Below, piece after piece: positions 10,364 to 19,412 of a DNA stretch of 64,000 bases; within the stretch, counting starts at the first letter, position 1, and each line of letters begins with the position of its first letter. The position numbers and the translations under genes are program-made. The notes below the pieces were generated by a model that did not search any database, was not told the origin of the DNA, and worked only from the letters and a program-made list of their open reading frames with translations. The stretch is taken from assembly GCA_963674945.2 (NCBI GenBank), contig CAXXWQ010000004.1, positions 1,952,001 to 2,016,000 of the forward strand, in the 5' to 3' direction. Source of the DNA: an uncultured Desulfosarcina sp. (GTDB lineage Bacteria; Desulfobacterota; Desulfobacteria; Desulfobacterales; Desulfosarcinaceae).

Positions 10364-10508
10364 CAGTGCGCATCCAGAAATAGGCAAATTTGGTCGAGAT
10401 CGAGGCGCACGAAAAATTTTAACGGAGGTATATGGTTGATATTCCGAGGATAAAATTTTTCGCGCAACAAAGATATCGGGCAAATTCGCCATTTCTGGAG
10501 GCGCACTG
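10364..10508. repeat. Palindromic intergenic element family B
   Basis: Terminal inverted repeats CAGTGCGCATCCAGAAAT / ATTTCTGGAGGCGCACTG (17/18 match); abuts the TetR stop codon. Confidence 0.9.
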
Positions 10509-11159
10509 CTATTTCGATGCATTTTCTCTACACATCCCTATGATACATTTGGTCTGAAAATCAATGTAGTCGTCGATTTCGTATTGGTTGGCCAGAAACC
10601 AGCGACGAAACGTCCACATGTGGCCGAGTACCGAAATGTTGTGTGCCACGAGGTCCAATCGTCGCGCAGAAATTGGGGGAAGTTTACCTGCGGCCACGAG
10701 GTCGGCCAACACTTCGGTAAAAATACCGGTAATCCGGATTTCGTTTTCCAAGATCACCCGCTGCCACTTGCTGGGGAGGCTCTGGGTTTCCTGATAGACG
10801 AGCAGAATGAGGTCGTTCATGCGATGGCAGACCTTGAAATACTCCCGGATCACTTCCACCAGGGGATTCCTCCCCTCCTTTGCCCGTGCCAGAGCCTGTG
10901 CCACCCCTTTTTCGATGTCCGCGTGGATGGCGTCACACACCAGGTAGAGCACGTCCTCCTTGGTGGCGATGTACTCGTAGAGGCTTCCGATGGAGATGCC
11001 GGCTGCCCGGGCGATCTGCCGGGTGGTCGTTTTGTGAAAACCGTTTTCGATAAACAGTTTTACCGCCGCATCCACGATCTGTTGTCGACGTTGCTGCACC
11101 AGGGCCTGATTCTTCACCAGCGTCGGCACTTCTTTGATCTTATCGGTCCGCTGATCCAT
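10509..11159 (-). CDS. TetR/AcrR-family transcriptional regulator
   Basis: RRQQIVDAAVKLFIENGFHKTTTRQIARAAGISIGSLYEY HTH; start set at ATG 11159. Confidence 0.93.
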   Translation of the reverse strand: MDQRTDKIKEVPTLVKNQALVQQRRQQIVDAAVKLFIENGFHKTTTRQIARAAGISIGSLYEYIATKEDVLYLVCDAIHADIEKGVAQALARAKEGRNPLVEVIREYFKVCHRMNDLILLVYQETQSLPSKWQRVILENEIRITGIFTEVLADLVAAGKLPPISARRLDLVAHNISVLGHMWTFRRWFLANQYEIDDYIDFQTKCIIGMCRENASK

Positions 11160-11195
11160 GGGCAAGGCCAAGTTTGGGATGAAGATGGAAATTCC

Positions 11196-11249
11196 GAACG
11201 AACGCTCAGTCACTTGGCCAGAATGTACCCATATGATCGGGAATGTCAA
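11196..11249 (-). promoter_or_regulatory. Sigma70-type promoter and probable TetR operator
   Basis: Minus strand TTGACA-N16-TACATT (11249-11222), followed by the imperfect palindrome GACTGAGCGTTCGTTC (11211-11196). Confidence 0.55.
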
Positions 11250-11378
11250 GGGCAAAACGGAACGAGGCCACGTCCCATTTGTATATGGCGATGATCACGA
11301 TTAGATGGAAACGGAACTTTCGGGAACCACCCAGAAAACGCGAACAGGATGGATTCCGAAAATTGATTGGAACATGTT

Positions 11379-11957
11379 CTACGGTTCAGCACAGTACAGC
11401 GGTAATTGACCCGCTTCAAGGCGGCGGATGTTTTCCACCACCGCTTCCACGATACCCTGCATGGAAAGATCGGTCGAACCCCCTCAAACGGCGGATCAAC
11501 GCCCGGCCAATCCCCCCCAGCCCCACGAGGCCGGCGGTTCGACCGCTCAGGGCCTTCCCCTGGGGCTGGCCCATCTTTCCCGCGCGCAGGCATTGGGCCA
11601 TCCCCATCACATCTCTCGACAACCCGAGCAGCAAATAGATGCCCAGCTCCGCCACCGAGTCGGCGTTTCCCGAGACATCGGTGGGGACATTGGCCACATG
11701 GATGTTTTTTCCGCTGCGGCGGCGATATCGACGCCTTCCAGGCCGGACCCGCACTGTTGAATCAGTCTCAACCGGTCTGCGTCCCGTAACATATCACGGG
11801 TAATGGGACACATGGTGGGAATGAGCACATCCACGCCGGTGAGCGAGTCGACGGAAAAGCCGCCGGTGGCGACAAACCGGTGTTCCGGTAGTTGATTCTG
11901 AACGATTTGTAAAAATCCCCCCCAGGCATTTTCGGGTGCGGCAAATAGTATCTTCAT
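11379..11957 (-). pseudogene. D-isomer 2-hydroxyacid dehydrogenase pseudogene (frameshift plus internal deletion)
   Basis: The gene is split over three frames: LRLIQQCGSGLEGVDI; then, after an A6 run at 11705-11710, NIHVANVP...GLVGLGGIG...GFD; then directly the C-terminal TDLSMQGIVEAVVENIRRL...stop at 11379. Confidence 0.85.
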
Positions 11958-12158
11958 CGTATCACTTATGTAAAAAGGACGGCAAAATTCGATACCCCTT
12001 CGGTTTCAGGATGGTCGTCTTGAATTGTCGCCGTATAAGAGGTATTGTCCTTTTCCCGTTTGATGTCCGTTTATCATAAACCAAGGATGCCCCCATTTTC
12101 AACATCGGCATCCGCTTCTTGGAAGGGAAACGCCCGGCGATTCCAAGACAAGGAAAAA

Positions 12159-13679
12159 ATGGTATCCCCCACACCGCTTTCCGCCAGACGAAAGGCGTCG
12201 ATCATCCTGGCAACGCTTTTGGCCTTGTTCCTGGCCGCCCTGGACACCCTGATCATGAGTGCGGCCATGCCCACCATCGTCGGCGACTTGGGAGGACTGC
12301 ACCTATACAGCTGGGTCTTTTCCACCTATATGCTCAGCCGTGCCGTCAGTCTTCCGGTTTTCGGCAAATTGGCCGACCTTTTCCCCACCCGGACCCTTTA
12401 TCTCATCTCCATTTTCGTTTTTCTTATCGGTTCCATTTTGGCAGGCATGGCACAGAGCATGGTTGCCCTTACCCTCTTTCGTGCCATACAGGGCATTGGT
12501 GCAGGCGGTAATTTCGCCCTGGCCTACATCGTCCTGGCGGATATCTCCGCTCCGGGGCAGCGCGGAAAAATGATGTCCTATGCCAGCTTCGTCTGGGGAC
12601 TGGCCAGTGTCATGGGACCCTCTTTGGGCGGCTTTATCGTGAGTTGGATCTCATGGCGATGGATCTTTTACATCAACGTTCCCGTAGGTATCGTCTCCTT
12701 GGCCGGCATCTGGTTTTTTTTGACGGAAACAAGAGAAAAAAGAAGTGTCGTCGAGATCGACTACGCCGGCATCATCACCCTGGTGGCAGCCATCCTCGCG
12801 CTGCTTACCGCCTTTTTGCTTGGCGGCCGGGAATATGGGTGGACATCCCCGCAGATCCTGGGCCTGTTCGCCCTTTTCGGCATCAGCGTCGCAGGCTTCC
12901 ATATGGCGGAAAAACGAAGCCGGGAACCGGTTCTTCGCTTCGCGTTGTTTCGGATAGGAGGATTTTCAACGGGCAACGGCCTGGCCTTTTTCGCAAGTAT
13001 TGCCATTTTTTCCCTCTCTGCCTTCAGCCCCCTGTTCATCCAGGGGGCGCTCGGCCAATCGCCCTTTCAACTGGGGTTGGTCATGGTGTCCCTCAGTTTC
13101 GGTTGGTCGGCCGGTGCCCTGGTTTGCGGCCGGCAATCCAACCGATGGGGTGAAAAGCCCTTTGCCCTGGTGGGTGCCTTCGTGTTGATTGCCGGCTGCC
13201 TGATGGCCGTGCGATTTTCATCGTCCACCGGCTTGTGGACCTGTGCCGCGGCGCTGGGCCTGGCCGGGGTGGGGATGGGATTCACCTCCATTTCCACCTT
13301 GCTCATCGTCCAAAATGCAGCCCCGGAAGCGGACCTGGGTGTCGCCACGTCGTCCCACCAGTTTACCCGAACCCTGGGGGGAACCGTGGGCATCGGCATC
13401 TGCGGCAGCCTGGTCACCGCCAGGTTCGCCCGAACCCCCGAGGTGATGAGTGGCTCGAATCTGCAGGGTCAGGTTCCCAAACCGATCATGGATTTGATAA
13501 AGACCAACTTCGAAAATTTTTTTCGCCCGGATGTTCAGCAGCAATTGGGTTTCGAAGTAAAAAACCTCTTACATCAGGCCATCGGTCATTGTGTCATCGA
13601 CGTTTTCTGGCTGGCCCTGGTTGCGGCATTGATTTGCCTGGGATTCGGCCTGTTCTTGCCGGGTGTCAGGCGCAAGTAA
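12159..13679 (+). CDS. DHA2 (EmrB/QacA-like) MFS efflux transporter
   Basis: LAALDTLI..AMPTI, GKLADLF, FRAIQGIG, GPSLGG, WRWIFYINVPVG; multiple TM segments; start at ATG 12159. Confidence 0.93.
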   Translation: MVSPTPLSARRKASIILATLLALFLAALDTLIMSAAMPTIVGDLGGLHLYSWVFSTYMLSRAVSLPVFGKLADLFPTRTLYLISIFVFLIGSILAGMAQSMVALTLFRAIQGIGAGGNFALAYIVLADISAPGQRGKMMSYASFVWGLASVMGPSLGGFIVSWISWRWIFYINVPVGIVSLAGIWFFLTETREKRSVVEIDYAGIITLVAAILALLTAFLLGGREYGWTSPQILGLFALFGISVAGFHMAEKRSREPVLRFALFRIGGFSTGNGLAFFASIAIFSLSAFSPLFIQGALGQSPFQLGLVMVSLSFGWSAGALVCGRQSNRWGEKPFALVGAFVLIAGCLMAVRFSSSTGLWTCAAALGLAGVGMGFTSISTLLIVQNAAPEADLGVATSSHQFTRTLGGTVGIGICGSLVTARFARTPEVMSGSNLQGQVPKPIMDLIKTNFENFFRPDVQQQLGFEVKNLLHQAIGHCVIDVFWLALVAALICLGFGLFLPGVRRK

Positions 13680-13747
13680 GAATAATGAACGCTGCCTGAT
13701 CCAAAGGGACCAGGTAATCAACACCCTGCATGGCGTATGGGATCATC

Positions 13748-14200
13748 TTACGCCGTAAGCCTTGAACGAACGAGAAGAAGTGGTCGATCTATCTTATTGA
13801 GCACGCCCACCGCCACACTGCCGTAAAAAGACCTCGCATCGCCGCTTTGGCCGTGACTCGACATGGCCACCAGATCCGCCTCTTCCCGCATTGCGGTCTC
13901 GACGATGCAATTTACCACCGGCCCTTGTCCAATGCGTACGTGTGCACGAACACCCCGCGTCCGCCATTTGTCGATGACGGTCTGCAGATAGACTTCCATA
14001 TTCTCTCGGTGCTCTTTTTGCTTTTTAAGATAAGTGCCCAAATCGATCACTTCGTCTCTTTCCAGAAACAGGTTGTACTTATCGTCCACCATGAGCAAGA
14101 TGACATCGGCATCGTACCGGGCAGCCAGATTCTCAACATGGGGCAAAATGGTTTCGGCCCGCGCGGAGCCGTCCAATGGGACAAGAATTTTTTGATACAT
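13748..14200 (-). CDS. Universal stress protein
   Basis: YQKILVPLDGS...ADLVAMSSHG...GSVA...PLLLVR. Confidence 0.92.
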   Translation of the reverse strand: MYQKILVPLDGSARAETILPHVENLAARYDADVILLMVDDKYNLFLERDEVIDLGTYLKKQKEHRENMEVYLQTVIDKWRTRGVRAHVRIGQGPVVNCIVETAMREEADLVAMSSHGQSGDARSFYGSVAVGVLNKIDRPLLLVRSRLTA

Positions 14201-14245
14201 GGAATCTCTCCTTTCGAAAATAAAATGATCGATCAGCCAGCGCGG

Positions 14246-15523
14246 TTACAAATGAAGCGCGTGGCATGAACACGAAATACACGGATCAAAGCAACGGACC
14301 AGTTGTTCGCATTGCCAGACCAATCGATCCGGCGTCAGATCCGGAAATTGGTTGCCAAACGCCTTTAGATCCATTTCCATCCTCCTCAGGTTTTGAGATG
14401 TGGGCGGAACGATTCGAGCATCCAGTATGTTTCCAAAGGCGTCCATCCGATACTTGTGCCAGCACACCCCCCTGGGTGCCTCCACACACCCGTATCCTGT
14501 CGCGGCACAAGGGGAGATCAAAGCCGAGGAAGGTTTCACAGGGGCATACCGATCCATCAAGAGAAGTATTCGCTCGCAGGCATGCACCATTTCCACACTT
14601 CGGATGACGATGCTCTTGAAGGGATTCGTACAGGGCGGTTTCAGGTCAATTTCCGATGCCACCTGGCGGGCACCGGATGACAATTGGGGAAAATTGAGGT
14701 TGAACCGTGCCATGGGCCCCACCAGGTAAGCGCCGTGTTCCCGGTTAAGACCGTGGAGAGCGGTGGAATAACTTACCTGTTCCGCTGTCACGAAGGTCTC
14801 GAAATCATCGGCGGCCAGGTTTTCACCGGTACTCGCCACGAACCGCCCGGACATAATGGCATATTGCTCCGGATCATGAAGGGCCAAAAAGACATAATCC
14901 TGTTCGAATTCCGGAAACGTGAGCCCGGCGGTCCAACGGACGGTCTCCATGGCCGCCTCGCGGGCCCATGTGAGATCCTGTTTGAGCGAAGCGATTGCGG
15001 AAGATGGCGGCATTTTGAAAAATTCACCAATACGCAGGTTGACCGGATGAACTTCGCGGCCGCCGATAAGCCTGACGATATCGTTCCCCACTTGCTTGAG
15101 ACGAAGGCCTCTTTTGACAATATCGGGATAACGGCGGGAAAGTGCGATCACGTCGGGGCAATCGAAAAAGTCCGGTGCATGCAAAAGGTGGATGTGGAGA
15201 CTATGGCTGGCAATCCATTCACCGAGAAACATCAGCTCTCGCAAAAACGCCACCTCGGGAGGAATGGACAGGCCCAAAGCCGTTTCCATGGCCTGCGTGG
15301 CGGCCAACATGTGTGCCAGCGGACAAATTCCGCAGATACGGGCGGTCATATCCGGAACCTCGGCAAAATGCCGCCCCCGGAGAAACGCCTCGAACAGTCG
15401 CGGCGGTTCGAAGACATCGAACTTCGCCTCACATACCTTCCCATCCTTGAACTTGATGGAGAAGCCACCGTCTCCTTCCACGCGGGCCAGATGCGTTACC
15501 TTGAACGTTCCAGTTGCGTTCAT
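14246..15523 (-). CDS. hydA: Group 3b [NiFe]-hydrogenase (sulfhydrogenase-type) large/alpha subunit
   Basis: RVEG, L1 RICGIC, EAPRG, VPPT, L2 DPCISCSCH. Confidence 0.92.
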   Translation of the reverse strand: MNATGTFKVTHLARVEGDGGFSIKFKDGKVCEAKFDVFEPPRLFEAFLRGRHFAEVPDMTARICGICPLAHMLAATQAMETALGLSIPPEVAFLRELMFLGEWIASHSLHIHLLHAPDFFDCPDVIALSRRYPDIVKRGLRLKQVGNDIVRLIGGREVHPVNLRIGEFFKMPPSSAIASLKQDLTWAREAAMETVRWTAGLTFPEFEQDYVFLALHDPEQYAIMSGRFVASTGENLAADDFETFVTAEQVSYSTALHGLNREHGAYLVGPMARFNLNFPQLSSGARQVASEIDLKPPCTNPFKSIVIRSVEMVHACERILLLMDRYAPVKPSSALISPCAATGYGCVEAPRGVCWHKYRMDAFGNILDARIVPPTSQNLRRMEMDLKAFGNQFPDLTPDRLVWQCEQLVRCFDPCISCSCHALHL

Positions 15524-16296
15524 GACCGCTCACTTTCCCGACGATAAGGGATCGGCCAAAAATTGATTCCTTGAAATGCCCGGTGAAATTCATCGGCCGG
15601 TACCGCCAGCCGTTGACACCAGACTTTCTCTAACGCCTGAACATTGTTGGTATCGCAGGGACCGAAACAGCCGTAGCAGCCTCGGCCCATAGCGGGACAG
15701 AGGGCGCCGCATCCGGCCTGGGTTACCGGTCCCATGCAGGGAATCCTGCGGGTCACGGTAACGCATATATATCCCATGCGCTTGCACTCCCCACACAAAC
15801 TGTGGGTGGGCAGATAGGGTTTTCGGCCATGGCGATGGGCGGCAATCACTTCGATCAATTGTTCGGGGTTGATGGGACAACCGCGCAGTTCGAAATCCAC
15901 GTGGATATGATGGGACAGGGGTGTCGATTGATCACAAATGTCAATGGCCGACGGGTTTGGGTAGACCAATTGCTTCCACTTACCGGTATCATGGCAATTT
16001 CGTAACGCCTGTATGCCGCCGCCGGTTGCACAGGCACCCAGAGCGACGACGACCCGGGATCGCCGGCGAATCTCTTGGATCAATTGCTCATCCTGGGGCG
16101 TAGAGATGGATCCTTCCACCAAAGAGATGTCGTAAGGCCCTTGGGCCGTATCCCTGAAACCTTGGGGGAACCGGGCAAAGTCAATCTCCTCGGCAATGGC
16201 CAACAACCGGTCCTCCAGATTGAGCAGGCGAAGCTGGCAGCCGTCGCACGAAGCGAATTTCCAGACGGCCATCTTTGGCTTTTTGGTTTGTCCCAT
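15520..16296 (-). CDS. hydD: Group 3b hydrogenase small/delta subunit
   Basis: KFASCDGC, VEGS, GACATGG, GCP and a Cys-rich C-terminus; start at ATG 16296. Confidence 0.9.
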   Translation of the reverse strand: MGQTKKPKMAVWKFASCDGCQLRLLNLEDRLLAIAEEIDFARFPQGFRDTAQGPYDISLVEGSISTPQDEQLIQEIRRRSRVVVALGACATGGGIQALRNCHDTGKWKQLVYPNPSAIDICDQSTPLSHHIHVDFELRGCPINPEQLIEVIAAHRHGRKPYLPTHSLCGECKRMGYICVTVTRRIPCMGPVTQAGCGALCPAMGRGCYGCFGPCDTNNVQALEKVWCQRLAVPADEFHRAFQGINFWPIPYRRESERS

Positions 16297-16301
16297 GAAG
16301 T

Positions 16302-17135
16302 TCAACACTCCCGACGATAAAACAGCGCCTTGACCCTGTCGTATCGAAACACCGGCCCGTCGCGACAAACGAACAGGGGACCGATCTGACAGTGACCGCA
16401 GAGACCGAGACCGCATTTCATGTTCCGTTCCATGGAAAGGATGATCCGCTCTTCATCCAAACCCTTGGCAATGAGCGCCAAAATGGCAAACCGCATCATG
16501 ATTTCAGGTCCGCACAGCAAGGCATAGGTGACCTGAGGATCGAATCGCAGCGACGATATCAATTGGGTGACGACCCCAACATCGCCGCGCCAATCACGAC
16601 GAGCGCTATCCACGGTAACCCGGATGTCCAGATCGAACCTGCCTCGCCAGCGCTGAATCTGTCGACGGAAAAGCAAATCCTGAGGCGTCCGTTCACCGTA
16701 GAGCAAAGTTACCTTGCCATAACGTTCACGGTGGGCAAGGATGGCGTGTAAAGCCGGTCTGAGGGGGGCCAGGCCGATGCCGCCGGCACACATGAGGATG
16801 TCATTGCCCTGCAACAGGTCCATTGGCCAGCCGACACCATAGGGTCCTCTGACACCCAGGGTATCCCCTCGTTTCAGATTTTGCATCCGACCGGTAACCG
16901 TCCCGTAAGCGCGGATCGTATGGACCATGCTGTCGCTTTCGTCAGGATTCCCGCTCAGGGATATGGCCACTTCACCCACACCGGGCAAATAGAGCATATT
17001 GAACTGTCCGGGGAGAAAAGCGGATGTTGAACCAGACGCGTCGGCTTCCAATTCCAGCGTGATCGTATCTCGGGTTTCTGGCGTGGCCCGCCGAATGCGG
17101 TGCCACGTGGGTGTCAGTTGGTCATCCACGTCCAC
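16302..17135 (-). CDS. hydG: Group 3b hydrogenase gamma subunit (FAD/NAD(P)-binding, 2Fe-2S)
   Basis: PGQFNML, RGPYG, AGGIGLAP, CGPEIMM, MKCGLGLCGHC...CRDGPVF. Confidence 0.9.
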   Translation of the reverse strand: MDVDDQLTPTWHRIRRATPETRDTITLELEADASGSTSAFLPGQFNMLYLPGVGEVAISLSGNPDESDSMVHTIRAYGTVTGRMQNLKRGDTLGVRGPYGVGWPMDLLQGNDILMCAGGIGLAPLRPALHAILAHRERYGKVTLLYGERTPQDLLFRRQIQRWRGRFDLDIRVTVDSARRDWRGDVGVVTQLISSLRFDPQVTYALLCGPEIMMRFAILALIAKGLDEERIILSMERNMKCGLGLCGHCQIGPLFVCRDGPVFRYDRVKALFYRREC

Positions 17136-17140
17136 CTCCG

Positions 17141-17617
17141 CTATGGATGTGAAAGAACCGTGGGTCGGCTGTACAGATCCATCAGTTGCAGCCGCACGGC
17201 CTGCAGGTCTGCGACGACCGCTCGTGAAAGACGCTTGTACAGTTCATGGCCCAGATGGTGGTTCCGTTCGGCCTGTTCCCGCATACAGATCGCCTGCAGG
17301 GATATGGCCTCTACGAAAGTGAGGGCACGGGCATCACAGTGTCGATGATACGGGGGAAACAGCCAGGACCATCCCAAGATGTCTCCACCACACAAGGTCT
17401 GGACCGTCACCGCGCCATGCCGGCCGGAATGCAGTTCGAGAGCGACCCGCCCCTGAAGAACCAGGAAAAATTCATCGGCCGGATCCCCCTGACGGTAAAC
17501 GAACTCCTCGGGTTCGAATACGACTTTATCGGCGCATGTACGAAGTTCGGCATACAGGGTTTCGGGAAACCCTTCGAAGAAAGGATGTCCTCGGATTTCT
17601 TGAACAATCGTTCCCAT
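17141..17617 (-). CDS. Cyclic nucleotide-binding domain protein (no HTH) inside the hydrogenase operon
   Basis: VYRQGDPADEFFLVLQGRV...GDILGWSWL; start at ATG 17617. Confidence 0.85.
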   Translation of the reverse strand: MGTIVQEIRGHPFFEGFPETLYAELRTCADKVVFEPEEFVYRQGDPADEFFLVLQGRVALELHSGRHGAVTVQTLCGGDILGWSWLFPPYHRHCDARALTFVEAISLQAICMREQAERNHHLGHELYKRLSRAVVADLQAVRLQLMDLYSRPTVLSHP

Positions 17618-17647
17618 TGATAATCCTTTCCATGATCGGTCCCAATA

Positions 17648-17689
17648 TTTTACGAATCCGTCCGAACAGCGATTTTTTTCGAGTTCGTC
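17648..17689. repeat. Family A half element (two tandem arms, 27-bp period)
   Basis: The reverse complement reads gacgaactcgaaaaaaatcgctgttcg-gacggattcgtaaaa, matching 2326-2367 and 42464-42505. Confidence 0.75.
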
Positions 17690-17694
17690 AATAT

Positions 17695-18798
17695 TTAACC
17701 GGCGATACATTCCGCTTCCCGACGAAGGTCGATACCGGCCGGGCACCAGGTGATGCAACGTCCGCACCCCACGCAACCCGGTACGCCGAACTGATCCTTC
17801 CAGGTCACCAGCTTGTGCAAAAACCAATGGCGGTAGCGGCTTCTGACGGAAGCACGAACGCTTCCTCCGTGAAGGTAGCTAAAGTCCAAGTTGAAGCAGG
17901 AATCCTGGATACGAAGGCGTTGGGCCTGGCTGCCATCCAACGACCCCGTGTCTGCCAGGGTGTAACAGAAGCAAGTGGGGCATACCATGGTGCAGTTGCC
18001 GCAGGCCAGGCAGCGCAAATCCAATGAATGCCAATGGGGGGCGTCGAAGCGATCCTGTAGAAGCGAACCCATGTCAGACAAATTGGGTGCCCCATCCATG
18101 TGGGAAGCCGCCTCATCGGCAAGAATCTTTAATCTCGCCACCATTTGCTCCGGGGCCGGACCGCATCCGGTCTTTTCGAGAACCTCTGCGCCCTTGCGGC
18201 TGCCCGGTTCGGCCATGAGCAAGGAATGATCTTTCTCGACGACTTCATTCAAAACGATATCGAATCCGGAAACCGCAATCGGACTTCCCCCCACGGCCGT
18301 ACAGAAACAGGTGCCACCGGGCTGGAAACAATTTACGACAATGATAAAAAGATGTTTTCTGAGAAAAGCGTAAATAGGATCCGCATAGACCTGTTGCAAA
18401 AGAACCGTATCAAGTATTTCCAAGGCGTGAAGATCGCAGGGTCGCATGCCAACGAATCCAAAAGAGGGAAGAGGTGCGTCCGTTTTTTGGGTGAAGATCT
18501 TTCCATCTCGGATGTCTGCTTGCCAACTCACCCATTCCGGTGGGAACAGAAATCTTTTCCAGGGATGAGGACCGCAACTGAATTGAAAAAAGCCTTGATC
18601 CCCGTTTTTTATCAGTTCGTATTCCCCCGCAGATTGGCGGTCGGTCCACCCGAAAGGAAGATCCTCGATGGAAACCAACCGGTCCAGGACGATGGCCGCA
18701 TCTTTGACCGTCGGTCCTATGGTTTCATAACCATAACCGTGAAGAGTGTCTATAAGCTGTTGAAGGCCAGTTGAAGTCAACTGGAAGACAGTGGCCAT
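17695..18798 (-). CDS. hydB: Group 3b hydrogenase beta subunit (4Fe-4S dicluster)
   Basis: RPCD, TCFC, CLACGNCTMVCPTCFC, CVGCGRCITWCP; start at ATG 18798 behind AAGGA. Confidence 0.9.
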   Translation of the reverse strand: MATVFQLTSTGLQQLIDTLHGYGYETIGPTVKDAAIVLDRLVSIEDLPFGWTDRQSAGEYELIKNGDQGFFQFSCGPHPWKRFLFPPEWVSWQADIRDGKIFTQKTDAPLPSFGFVGMRPCDLHALEILDTVLLQQVYADPIYAFLRKHLFIIVVNCFQPGGTCFCTAVGGSPIAVSGFDIVLNEVVEKDHSLLMAEPGSRKGAEVLEKTGCGPAPEQMVARLKILADEAASHMDGAPNLSDMGSLLQDRFDAPHWHSLDLRCLACGNCTMVCPTCFCYTLADTGSLDGSQAQRLRIQDSCFNLDFSYLHGGSVRASVRSRYRHWFLHKLVTWKDQFGVPGCVGCGRCITWCPAGIDLRREAECIAG

Positions 18799-18928
18799 GA
18801 ACGGAATCCTTTCGTCCACAGTAACGACGGTATTCTCTGGCCATATTCCCCTTCACCGGCCATACGACGATGAATTCATTTCCTTTGATCTGAATATGGC
18901 CTGTCACTTGCTCTGACAAATCAATGTG

Positions 18929-18943
18929 GCATAAATCATGCCA
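18929..18943 (-). promoter_or_regulatory. Sigma54 (-24/-12) promoter of the group 3b hydrogenase operon
   Basis: Minus strand TGGCATGATTTATGC (GG-N10-GC), about 130 bp upstream of hydB. Confidence 0.65.
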
Positions 18944-19231
18944 CTTGACCTTCCATCCCAGTTCTCTCCCAGCCGATGCACTGCCACTTGTACAAGTCGT
19001 TCATGATCCCATGTCCACAAGACCTGTACCTCAGACACATATGGATGTCCACCGCCACGACCGTATGCTGCGGTGCCGGTCCTGTTGCCAGTCATTGTTT
19101 TACAAGGTGTAAAAAAGAGTGACAGAGAAAATCGGTAGCGGGTATCCGTGCGTGGATAGTCGTTGACCCGAAAAACCCCATTGCTGGGGCCAAGCCATGA
19201 TAAATGCAACCGAGCTGTACTGTTTTACTTA

Positions 19232-19246
19232 TGGCATATCCTTTGC
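19232..19246 (+). promoter_or_regulatory. Sigma54 promoter of the tandem USP gene
   Basis: TGGCATATCCTTTGC matches TGGCAY-N5-TTGC. Confidence 0.7.
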
Positions 19247-19412
19247 TCAATTATTCATCGAAGGATTCATCGAGGAAATGTGCCGAGATCCTTTCAAAAC
19301 GGAGGCACAGGTGCCGTTTGGTCGTGTGTTTATCGAATTTACCGTTCTTGCCGATTCAAACTCCATATGGCCTCCGAGCCAAAATGCCAAACCCCAAAAG
19401 TAGAGGTGAACC

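Noticed and set aside
14246..14275. Selenocysteine or recoding at the hydrogenase L2 motifs
   Set aside because: Both large subunits have ordinary Cys in DPCxxC, and the ORFs read through that motif without an in-frame stop.
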